Of a stretch of 64,000 nucleotides of DNA, positions 36,590 to 45,570 are shown in pieces. The DNA lies in IMG/VR virus record IMGVR_UViG_3300009703_004110, positions 124,001 through 188,000 of that record; one strand, written 5' to 3'. Positions within the stretch are counted from its first letter, which is position 1, and each line of letters opens with the position of its first letter. Both the position numbers and the translations under genes were made by a program. A model generated the notes under the pieces. The model did no database searches, was not told the DNA's origin, and saw nothing but the letters and a program-made list of their open reading frames with translations.

Positions 36590-39193
36590 TTATTTGTCTA
36601 GTATATTGTTTATAGTTGTATCTATTAATTCAGAAACTTCAAAAAATCCAGCTTTATCAGCTTGATTTGCAATTTTGGTCAAAGCCATAATCACTTCGAG
36701 ATTTGCGTGCTTTCCTCTAAAGTTTCCTGTAGGAGCGCTCTTAGCCACACCTTCAGAATGTGATTTCTGCTCTAATGAATTTTCAACAAGCCCGCCATTT
36801 CCCATTGCGTCTGCGACAACAATAGCTTCAGGGTGAGCCTCCTGAACCAAGTCAGCACCTTTCTCTCCATGTAATTCATAAAGGTCGCGGTAATCTGCCT
36901 TGGATTTGTCCGCTTTCGTATTGTACTGACTCTTAAGTCCAGCAAAATACGATTTGGCATATTGGTCTGAAAGACCAACGATAGCGTCACTTATATACTT
37001 ATTTGGATATTCGTTTGCCATCTTCACTCCAATGGTCGATCTATTAGTAGATCTCTTAATTAAGTCTGTGTATATTACTAGATTTTCAGCTCGTCTTGAA
37101 CGACCTCTTCTTCTATAATACTTAACAGCATTTTTCCATCCACTATGACGCCTTCTTCCCTGTTTTGGTATAGCGTGTCTCATGAATTTTCTCAATTGAG
37201 AAGGAGTGTGAACGCCTTCTTTATAGAGATACCCAAGCGAATTTAGATAGTCTACTTCCGGCCTACCAGTCTTTCTAATAAATCCGCCCCACTGATTATC
37301 TGGATCTACGAAAGCTTTGCCGACAGGATGGTTGAGTAATCTCTTGACCATTCTGAACGCTGTGCTTCTAAACCCTGCCGGGGTATCTGTTATATCTATT
37401 GGGACACCATAGACATCTAGAATTGTCCTTTCACCTTCTACGCCTTCGCCGATTCTTGGAGATGCAACAGGTTTAGTTCCTTGCTGTACACCGCCTTCTG
37501 TGCCTGCTCCTGCACCGACTCCCTGACCGCCACTAATACTTTCTCCGCCACCCGCATTGATAAGTGCTCGGAATTGCTCTTTTGCAGAACCAAGAGCTGC
37601 TAACAGTTCCTGATCCGCCGCAAGAGTATCCTCCCAGTGATTTGCTGCTGACAAATGTTCAGCAATATCATCACTACTTCTCATAAAATTAGTCGTCTCA
37701 GTTTTAAGTTCGCTAAGCTGTACCATTGCTTCGTCTTTCTCTTCGTCAGTTGACTCCGAAAGATTGTAAAGTACAGAGGCAGAACGCTGATTATCTCCAA
37801 GCTCATCAACCATATGCTGGTTGTGAGTTTCACCAGGACTAGCTGCAACAAACCTTAAAGCCTTATGCTTAGCCGTGGAAGCAATGATAGCCTTATGAAG
37901 ACGATTAATAGCCTCTTGATATGCGGCTAATTTATCGGCATCTCCCGAGATATAAGCCCAAATATTATCCCAGTTAAAATATACAGCAAGAAGAATAGCT
38001 CCAACTGCCGCATATGTTATTCCCTTAATTGCAAGGCCCGCAACAGTGCCCTCACCCATAAGCTTTTGGAGCCATTGAAGATTGCCACGCCTTATTGCCT
38101 GTAGCCAGGTTTCTGGTAAGTCGGAAGCCTTAACCGCTTTTTTTCCGGCCTTTCTTCCGGAATCTGCGAACTGCTTACATAGTTTTTTAATTGCCTCTTG
38201 ATTACCGGCAGATGTCTTTGCCACAGCCTCAATCTGTCCAACAAGCTCTTGCTTAAGCTCTCCCAAGCCAAAACGCATAGAGCCGGCAATCTCTTCGGCT
38301 GCCGCTATATTTCTTTCGGCTATGGCTCTAACCTCATCTGTCATAGTAGAGAGTGTGCCTTTTACTTCTCGTACTGAACCTTCTAGTACAACAACAGCTT
38401 CTTCTAGAACACCTAATTGCTGACTAGATGTATTTAAATCATCCGCCAGTTTGGTAACTTCTGGAGTTACTGCTCCACCAGAATTAACAATTGCAGTGGT
38501 TAAATCTTCAACCGCTGGAGCTTCTGCCTTTAATGTTGCATCAGCAGGGTTCGGCTTCGTAGGCGAAACCTCTGGAGCTTCAGGCTTTGCAGCTGGAGCC
38601 TCAGGCTTTACCGGAGGAACCTCCGGAGCATCAGGTTTTACTGTCGGAGCATCTGGTACCTTTACTGGCGGCACATCTGTCCTAGCTGCCGCAGTAGTTA
38701 ATTCTGCTATACGTGAGTCTAGTCCGGTCGTCACCCCTGGGATGCCATTATTTATACGGATTGCAAGATACTTTTCAACAGCAACTGCCGCTTCTGGAGT
38801 TGACTCTGCAAAGTCGATAGACTCTCGCGCCTTTTCTAGTAGCTGCTTAAACTTGCCTAACTCTTCGGATGATCTTTGCAAATAAGCTATATCGTCCCAG
38901 CCATCTCCGGCCGCCTCTTTAGTAGCCTTTGCTAAAATTCGAAACTGTTCATCTAAAGACTTTAAGTTAACTTTAAATAGATCTTCAAACATGCTATGAA
39001 ATTCAGCTGTATTTTTAAGAGTAACCTTTGTAGCTACGGTTGCAAACCCAAGAGCATCATCAATATATTTGGCAAAGTCGCCAAACGCACCAACAGCCAT
39101 ATCAGCCTTGCTGCCCTTCTTTTCGATAAAAGAATGCATTACAGACGAATATATGTCGAATACTTCAGATAAAGATACTGGTTGAATTTTCAT
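36590..39193 (-). CDS. Putative internal head/ejection protein (867 aa) with Pro-rich repeats and a TM-like segment
   Basis: KP(D/E)AP repeats, coiled coil, hydrophobic GITYAAVGAILLAVYFNW, C-terminal LTKIANQADKAG motif. Confidence 0.5.
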   Translation of the reverse strand: MKIQPVSLSEVFDIYSSVMHSFIEKKGSKADMAVGAFGDFAKYIDDALGFATVATKVTLKNTAEFHSMFEDLFKVNLKSLDEQFRILAKATKEAAGDGWDDIAYLQRSSEELGKFKQLLEKARESIDFAESTPEAAVAVEKYLAIRINNGIPGVTTGLDSRIAELTTAAARTDVPPVKVPDAPTVKPDAPEVPPVKPEAPAAKPEAPEVSPTKPNPADATLKAEAPAVEDLTTAIVNSGGAVTPEVTKLADDLNTSSQQLGVLEEAVVVLEGSVREVKGTLSTMTDEVRAIAERNIAAAEEIAGSMRFGLGELKQELVGQIEAVAKTSAGNQEAIKKLCKQFADSGRKAGKKAVKASDLPETWLQAIRRGNLQWLQKLMGEGTVAGLAIKGITYAAVGAILLAVYFNWDNIWAYISGDADKLAAYQEAINRLHKAIIASTAKHKALRFVAASPGETHNQHMVDELGDNQRSASVLYNLSESTDEEKDEAMVQLSELKTETTNFMRSSDDIAEHLSAANHWEDTLAADQELLAALGSAKEQFRALINAGGGESISGGQGVGAGAGTEGGVQQGTKPVASPRIGEGVEGERTILDVYGVPIDITDTPAGFRSTAFRMVKRLLNHPVGKAFVDPDNQWGGFIRKTGRPEVDYLNSLGYLYKEGVHTPSQLRKFMRHAIPKQGRRRHSGWKNAVKYYRRRGRSRRAENLVIYTDLIKRSTNRSTIGVKMANEYPNKYISDAIVGLSDQYAKSYFAGLKSQYNTKADKSKADYRDLYELHGEKGADLVQEAHPEAIVVADAMGNGGLVENSLEQKSHSEGVAKSAPTGNFRGKHANLEVIMALTKIANQADKAGFFEVSELIDTTINNILDK

Positions 39194-39194
39194 T

Positions 39195-39572
39195 TTAATC
39201 TCCGGAGATTTCGGAAATGGTACGTTCTATACGATATGCGAGTTTAATATTTCCTAAATCAGCAGCCGCTTGTGCTGCAGCCTTTAGCTCATCTAATAGA
39301 GACTGCTGAGCAGACGCGTGCTCTTCTTCACTAATGCCATCTGCTTCACCATCGTCAGCAAGCTTCGCACTCTGCTCTACAACTGTTTCTATCGCCGCAG
39401 CTGCAGGTGTTCCTGCATCTTTAATATCAGTTAACTTCTGAACAGTCTGAGCAGTTTGCGCTTGAACCATGAGTTCCAACTTCTTTGCAGTTTCAAGAAT
39501 ATACTTTTCTAACTCTTGAGCCACAACGCTCTTTTTCCACGCTTGTCTAGTTGTAAGATCCCATTTTGCCAT
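39195..39572 (-). CDS. Hypothetical head-cluster protein
   Basis: 125 aa ending in LKAAAQAAADLGNIKLAYRIERTI. Confidence 0.6.
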   Translation of the reverse strand: MAKWDLTTRQAWKKSVVAQELEKYILETAKKLELMVQAQTAQTVQKLTDIKDAGTPAAAAIETVVEQSAKLADDGEADGISEEEHASAQQSLLDELKAAAQAAADLGNIKLAYRIERTISEISGD

Positions 39573-39673
39573 TATATCTCCTTAGCTATAATAACTATAT
39601 AAATTAGTATGTTTTATTAGAAGCTAAATTGCTTCATATGCACTATCAAATATTTTTGTTCTTCCAAAATCTT

Positions 39674-40556
39674 TCATTTATTTTCCCTTCTAACTCTTTT
39701 AATTACATTTCTGCTAACAGAGAAGCGTTGGGCTAGTGCTTTGCCGCTTAACGTATATGACATAATCAAATCTATTTGTTCTTTAGTAAATTCAATTCTA
39801 TTGACAAGCTTTACGCCCCTTAAGAGCTGCCGATATCTTAGCCTTTGTTTCTTCAGGAAGAGGGACGCCCTTGTTGTGAGCGATTCTATCAGGAGCGGTG
39901 AGTGCGCCATGCTTTCTTAATCTCTGTTCATGCATATCACAATAACGTATTCCATTAACTTTGAATCCATCGGTTCTTTCGCATCCTGGTGCGTTGCAAA
40001 CTTTGGAGCCATAGTTTTTATCAAATGTTATTTTCCTTTTATCCAGCTCATCTTGAGTTGGCTGGTAACCTTTTTTGTAATTACCAGCATGAAGATTTTC
40101 TTTGTGATGTTCTGATATTTTTCTTTTATGTTCTTCAGAAAGTTTTCTGCCTCGATTAGCTTCGTGAGCTTTTTTTATACTTTCAAGAGTATGGTGCTTG
40201 TGCCAATCTTCGGACATCTTCTTCTTTGTTTCTTCGGAGTGTTTCCAGCCCCCACGAGTATTCCCGCCGGGCCTTAGATTGTATCCAAACTTTTTATCTT
40301 GAGACTTATATTGTCTTATTACCCTTGCCTCTGCTAAGTCGCAATCATTTTTAAAAATATGCTCCTCAAGGATTTCGAAAGTAAAGTTTTTAACTCCATG
40401 TTTATTTATCGCATGATGAACATACTGATTGGTCTTTTTATTCTTAGCCAAATATCTATGCCTATACCATCTAGCCATGGGATCTGCACTCTGACCTATG
40501 TAGACTTTTTTATTCAGAATATTTGTTATTTTATATATGTAGTATTTTTTGGACAT
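39674..40556 (-). CDS. GIY-YIG homing endonuclease with NUMOD3 repeats; C-terminal HTH-like tail split off by a probable 1-nt frameshift near 39807
   Basis: YYIYKITNILNKKVYIGQS, GYNL and NUMOD3-type HSEETKKKMS / LSEEHKRKIS / LPEETKAKIS. The tail continues in the overlapping 78-aa ORF. Confidence 0.8.
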
Positions 40557-40594
40557 TATTTGCCCTCCAATTTACATTATACGCAATTTCTCCT

Positions 40595-41290
40595 TTAAAG
40601 CCACATAAACTCTAATGTTCCGTTGACAGAACTCGGCGGACCAGTAACATATGCAATTGCCGGATGGTTTTCTGTTGGCTGCTCAGTAGTAAGCTTTCCA
40701 TCCAATCCAACATATAGGTTGGCATTCAATGGATAGAGCTGAAGAGTATCAAACTGGTCTGTAGCATAGATGCCACGCTGATAATGGACGGTAATTCTAC
40801 CAGACCCGATGGTTGAGTCATCTCCTGGCTTAGTAGCTATACGATAGGCATAACTAACAACTACTTTAAATGCGTTAAAATCTCCATCGCCATCTGTATC
40901 ATAATTAAGTGCCGTACCTGCTGGAACCGTAATAATGCCATTTACATCATTAAGCTCTACAGTTATAGTTGAGGTAAAACTATTTCTGTTAATGTGCGGA
41001 AATTCAAGAGGGCCCATTTGATCCGTAGAGGTCACTCTAACACCATTTGATTCTGTAATATGCAAAGTATTAACTTCGATAATCACAACTTCATCAATTT
41101 GTGATTTAGTAAACGCACTAGTTCTTACATCATCAATAATACCGAGCGGAGCTGTACCATCACTGACACCGGCTATAATGTCATTACCCAAAATCTTAAG
41201 CTGCGCAATCATTCCTGATTCGAACTCTGCAGTAGGATCCAGGGGATAACTTGCTGGCAAACCTGTTCCGGTATGTACAACTCTTAACAT
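40595..41290 (-). CDS. Capsid decoration-like protein (paralogue of 35902-36564)
   Basis: DSTIGSGRITVH..RGIYATDQFD and YPLNANLYVGLDGKLTT. Confidence 0.5.
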   Translation of the reverse strand: MLRVVHTGTGLPASYPLDPTAEFESGMIAQLKILGNDIIAGVSDGTAPLGIIDDVRTSAFTKSQIDEVVIIEVNTLHITESNGVRVTSTDQMGPLEFPHINRNSFTSTITVELNDVNGIITVPAGTALNYDTDGDGDFNAFKVVVSYAYRIATKPGDDSTIGSGRITVHYQRGIYATDQFDTLQLYPLNANLYVGLDGKLTTEQPTENHPAIAYVTGPPSSVNGTLEFMWL

Positions 41291-41333
41291 ATGTTTTCCT
41301 CCACGGTATTCAGTTTAAAGAGAATAATTAATA

Positions 41334-41366
41334 AAAAAGGAAGGATATAGAAACATCCTTCCTTTT
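41334..41366 (-). terminator. Intrinsic terminator
   Basis: AAAAGGAAGGAT-N8-ATCCTTCCTTTT inverted repeat. Confidence 0.75.
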
Positions 41367-41387
41367 ATCATACTATAGCAAACGGCA

Positions 41388-41993
41388 TTAAGCCTTTTTA
41401 ATTTTCTCTATAGTCACCAAAACCATATCAGAAGCGATCTGGTTACCTGATTCAGTTAACTCTTTAGCCATTTTTTGAAGTTCAGAAACAACATGGAGTC
41501 GATCAGACGCTTCTTTAACGAAGTCATCTTTGATACTCATAGCTGTAGTTTCTACAATATCAGAAGCAAAGCCGTGCCCTTTCACTCTTAAGCTGCCAGC
41601 AATCTTACCAAGACCGTTCAGAATATGACCGGCCGTGGCATCGAAATAGTCAGACTCAGATAACTGAGCATCTTCTGCCATAGAAGGATCGCAAGCGCAA
41701 GATTCTTGAGCACACTTCTTACAGACAGCTAAAGCCTCCATCGAGTCAATGCTGCCATCAAGTGCCCCACTAATATCGTCCATTGATACTTCTGTAGACA
41801 TAAGAAAAGATTCAGCACTAGGCTCCACATCAGTGGCTTCTGCTTCTAGATCAGGATTTAAAACAGCTTCTACAGGATCATCAATCGGAGACTCAAAAAG
41901 TTCTTGAGACTCCTTGATAATCTTTGCTCGCTCCTCAAGAATTCTTTGATATTCTTGAGCAATACTATCACCATTAAATCTATTACCAAGCAT
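41388..41993 (-). CDS. Acidic head-cluster protein with two helical-hairpin motifs
   Basis: LGKIAGSLRVKGHGFASDIV and LQKMAKELTESGNQIASDMV. Confidence 0.6.
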   Translation of the reverse strand: MLGNRFNGDSIAQEYQRILEERAKIIKESQELFESPIDDPVEAVLNPDLEAEATDVEPSAESFLMSTEVSMDDISGALDGSIDSMEALAVCKKCAQESCACDPSMAEDAQLSESDYFDATAGHILNGLGKIAGSLRVKGHGFASDIVETTAMSIKDDFVKEASDRLHVVSELQKMAKELTESGNQIASDMVLVTIEKIKKA

Positions 41994-42010
41994 TGGAATC
42001 TCCTTTTAGA

Positions 42011-45000
42011 TTAGTTGAATAAGTCAGAAAGACTTTCGACCATAGTTTTTCTAGGAGTATCCTCTGGGGTTTCGTAACCAACGTTTAGCCCACCAAGATC
42101 ACTGGCTACCTTAACGGTGTCAGGGACTCTGGCGTTTGCTACTGAGCGCTTGAATGCTTCAAATGCCTTTTCGTCAAACTCTAGAACTAAATCTACTTGA
42201 CTATCAAGAGCTGCTCTGGTAGGAGGTATTAGTTGCTTGCGCTGCATATCCATCGCAAGGTCATAAGCCCTTCTCATCCTTAGCTTAATCTGCTCTCTTT
42301 CGTCTTCAGCTTTCTTCTCCATGAACTTCTGGCCAAGGGCCGCTCTTGGGGAAGGAACCTGTTCGGTTACAAAGGCAGCGTCTTGGACGCCATCGTTAGG
42401 AACGACATCATTCGCGTCGTTTGCGTCTGACTCCTCTCCTTCGTCTCCTTCGTGATGCTTATCTTCATGCTCATCAACTTCTTCTTCAGCTGCTTCCTCT
42501 GCCTTCTCTTCTACGTCTGCTTCGTCTACTGCATTATTTACAGCACCGTCATCAGCCGCTTGACCGGTAGGCTCTTTCTGAGCTACAACTTCTGCATCAT
42601 CAGCAGCGTTTAGTAGTCCATCATCAGCGCACTGTCCGGTAGGAGTCTTCTCTGCCACTTCTCTCGGAGTACCAGTTGGAGCCTTATCGCCAGGAACTGC
42701 CTGTACTTGTCCACCAGTTGGCGCTGCTTTCGCTACACCCTCTGCTGCACCTGCACCGTCATCAGCTGCATTGTCATCAACTTCGCTATCATCATCGCCT
42801 TCGCTAGCCTCACCGTCATCAGCGGCCATTTCTGCAGCAGCAGGAGCGGCTTCTTGAGCAAGCTTCTTACGAGCCTCCTCTACCATAGCTGCCCTTCGAG
42901 CCTTTCTCATCTCTAGTGCCTTGGCATATAGTTCTGAATCAGTTGCTTCAGTTGCGGATGCGGTGCTCTGTTCAGGAACTTCCTCTACATACTCAGAAGT
43001 CTTAACTAAAGACTTAGCCATTACGCTGGCCATTCTTAGTAAGGTACGTGCCTCACCAGATAGCTGGGCTGAATCACTTAGAGCGTCAGCAGCGAGACCC
43101 TTTAGTTCTGCCATTTTCTTAGCAGGAATCTTCTTTCTGTGCTCGAATGCTTCAGAGATCAAGGCTAGTTCATCAGCAGATTCACTAGACTCGGCCATAA
43201 CGACCTTCATATCTCTTAGAAGTCTCTTAGATAGAGCTACTTGTTCTGCATCGCCTTCACCAGGAGTAACGTTGATTTCTACATCACCGCCACCACCAAG
43301 TTCGTCTACGGCAGTTCTAAGTGCAGATACGGCTTCTTCCATATCTACTAGCGCACTGTCTACTCTTGACTTCGGATCGCCTTCTTCTTCTGCGAGTGGC
43401 TCTTCATCAAGTGGAGCCTCTTCGCCCAACGGAGCTTCCTCACCAAGTGGGGCCTCTTCGCCGAGAGCCTCTGGAGCTGCTACATCGCCAAGATCGCCAA
43501 GCGGAGATTCTTGAGCTACGCGAGTTAGCTTAGCAGCAATTGCCGGCAAACCTTCTTCACGAATAGCTGCGACAACAGCCTTACCGTATTCACGGCTGCT
43601 TAGGAATTCCCAATTTTCTTCTAGCTTAGGACCATAGATGTCCTTAGCAGTTGTTGCCAAGACGAGGTGGCCATCAGCATATACTTCGAAGCAAGAAGCC
43701 GCTTTATTAACGGCACCGTTAAGGGCCCTAACCTGCTTGAACTTAGTGCTTAGCTTAGCTCTCTTTTGCTGTTCTTTTATCTGCATATCGCCAGGGAAAG
43801 TTCCAGTGTCTCCACCCATTGACTTATCCTGGTGCATGTGCTTATCGTCCATCCAGTACTTCTTGTAGTCTTCAGACTTAAAAGTAGATGGCTCAACAGG
43901 CTCAGCGGAACCTTCGCCTGCCGCACCACCGTAGAAGTAGGCTCTCCTCTCCATACGACGTTGTGCAAGCTCAGCTCTCTTTTGCTGCTCTTTTACCTGC
44001 ATATCTCCTGGGAAGGTACCAGAGTCTCCACCCATTGACTTGTCCTGATGCATGTGCTTGTCATCCATCCAGTATTTCTTGTAATCTTCTGAGGTAAAAG
44101 TACTTGGCTCGACAGGCTCAGCGGAACCTTCTCCTGATGCACCACCGTAGAAGTAAGCAATACGACGTCTCAATTCCGCACGCTTTCTTAGATTTGATTC
44201 ACTCATTATTTCTCCCATAATGTTTTTAATTGATTTGTCTCTATCTAGACTGGAAAAAGCATAAGATTCTGGTCCTACACCATCCGTATCGAACGTATCA
44301 GTAAGTTCACCACTGTCACTAGAAACTAATCCTGTGGACTCGCCTCCAGTTCCTCTAACACCTTCACTATCATATGTTTCAAGAGAAGGTGCTCCTTCAG
44401 CAGATTGACCGCTTGTAAATACCTCTCCTTCAGCTGTACTCATTTCATTCTCATACGCTTTACCAAAACTAGTATATAGCGTTTGAATATCTCTATCTGT
44501 TGCGCCGGCGTCCCTTAGCTGGGACAGAGCCTTTGCAAACTGAACCTCTTTAGCTGCTTCCGGACTAAGGGCTGCATCTTGAGCGTTCTTTATAAATCCC
44601 TTCTTTTCTAGATAGCCGCCAATTAATGACGCCCTCTTATCGATCGTGCAACCTTGCGGCCCACATGCGACCTTTAATAGCTGGTCCAACTCTTCAGCAT
44701 TCTTTAACGTTAGATTCGATACGAACTCGTTATAATCAGAAATGCCGTGGCTGACCAGTTCCGCCTTGTGATCGCCAATAGACGCCAAGCACTGAAGTAA
44801 TCTAGCCCCAGGTTCTGCAGGCTGAACTACGAGGCTATACTCAATTGGCTGTAAGCCAATGTTGATTTCGCCATATGCAGAACGTGCTGTTACACACTTG
44901 CAATACTGAGTTGGAGTGCTGGCTCTGTTTCCGCAGTCACTACAAATAGAAGTAGAAACCGCAGTTCCCATAGAACCATATCGAACAACCCCCGTCTCAA

Positions 45001-45508
45001 CCTTTCTAGCTAAGTTAGGGTAATTTACTTTATCTAATGCGCAAAGACCTACCGCCTGCTTGTGCTTCTCATCGTAATAAACGTCAAGAATAATACCCCT
45101 GATTCCGTCAACAGATTCAGATTTGTGGTCTACACAAAGTGGCATTCCAATCCAATCTCGGGCGGCCTTCTTTAGTTCTGATTCCGGGAAGATGTCGCCA
45201 TTGTTATTCTTGTGAGGTTGAACATTACCGTGCCACTTAAATTGGTCATCAAAATAACCCCAAGCACGGTCACTGCCAACCTTCCTCAAATTACCTTCGT
45301 CATCAACCAGGGAAGCTTCAGCTGCTCTTAAAAATATGATTGTAAAATATAAAAAATCGTCTGATTTAGGAGCCAGAACTTGTGAGGTTCTAGCAAACTT
45401 TCCAAGCCTTTTCAAAATAACAGGAGACGCGGTAACCGTATCAGCATCGACTTCTTGCACCACATTGCTATTGGAATATCCAAATTTTTTAATATCTAGT
45501 CCAGGCAT
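42011..45508 (-). CDS. Prohead protease-scaffold fusion (1165 aa)
   Basis: N-terminal NNNGDIFPESELKKA..WIGMPLCVDH...SMGT...CSDCG...IEYSLVVQPAEP is an HK97/herpes-type protease pattern. The C-terminus is acidic and coiled-coil. Confidence 0.8.
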   Translation of the reverse strand: MPGLDIKKFGYSNSNVVQEVDADTVTASPVILKRLGKFARTSQVLAPKSDDFLYFTIIFLRAAEASLVDDEGNLRKVGSDRAWGYFDDQFKWHGNVQPHKNNNGDIFPESELKKAARDWIGMPLCVDHKSESVDGIRGIILDVYYDEKHKQAVGLCALDKVNYPNLARKVETGVVRYGSMGTAVSTSICSDCGNRASTPTQYCKCVTARSAYGEINIGLQPIEYSLVVQPAEPGARLLQCLASIGDHKAELVSHGISDYNEFVSNLTLKNAEELDQLLKVACGPQGCTIDKRASLIGGYLEKKGFIKNAQDAALSPEAAKEVQFAKALSQLRDAGATDRDIQTLYTSFGKAYENEMSTAEGEVFTSGQSAEGAPSLETYDSEGVRGTGGESTGLVSSDSGELTDTFDTDGVGPESYAFSSLDRDKSIKNIMGEIMSESNLRKRAELRRRIAYFYGGASGEGSAEPVEPSTFTSEDYKKYWMDDKHMHQDKSMGGDSGTFPGDMQVKEQQKRAELAQRRMERRAYFYGGAAGEGSAEPVEPSTFKSEDYKKYWMDDKHMHQDKSMGGDTGTFPGDMQIKEQQKRAKLSTKFKQVRALNGAVNKAASCFEVYADGHLVLATTAKDIYGPKLEENWEFLSSREYGKAVVAAIREEGLPAIAAKLTRVAQESPLGDLGDVAAPEALGEEAPLGEEAPLGEEAPLDEEPLAEEEGDPKSRVDSALVDMEEAVSALRTAVDELGGGGDVEINVTPGEGDAEQVALSKRLLRDMKVVMAESSESADELALISEAFEHRKKIPAKKMAELKGLAADALSDSAQLSGEARTLLRMASVMAKSLVKTSEYVEEVPEQSTASATEATDSELYAKALEMRKARRAAMVEEARKKLAQEAAPAAAEMAADDGEASEGDDDSEVDDNAADDGAGAAEGVAKAAPTGGQVQAVPGDKAPTGTPREVAEKTPTGQCADDGLLNAADDAEVVAQKEPTGQAADDGAVNNAVDEADVEEKAEEAAEEEVDEHEDKHHEGDEGEESDANDANDVVPNDGVQDAAFVTEQVPSPRAALGQKFMEKKAEDEREQIKLRMRRAYDLAMDMQRKQLIPPTRAALDSQVDLVLEFDEKAFEAFKRSVANARVPDTVKVASDLGGLNVGYETPEDTPRKTMVESLSDLFN
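43757..44158 (-). repeat. Two near-identical 186-bp (62-aa) repeats within the scaffold, period 216 bp
   Basis: AYFYGGA.GEGSAEPVEPSTF.SEDYKKYWMDDKHMHQDKSMGGD.GTFPGDMQ.KEQQKRA at 43973-44158 and 43757-43942. Confidence 0.95.
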
Positions 45509-45570
45509 ATGAAAATTCCTTGTTAATCACCATTTCTTTAATTATTAGTTATTTGATATTTTTGTGTAAA

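Noticed and set aside
38550-38680. KP(D/E)AP repeats here, and EEAPLG / AADDG repeats in the scaffold, as DNA repeat elements
   Set aside because: They are low-complexity coding linkers, adequately explained at the protein level.
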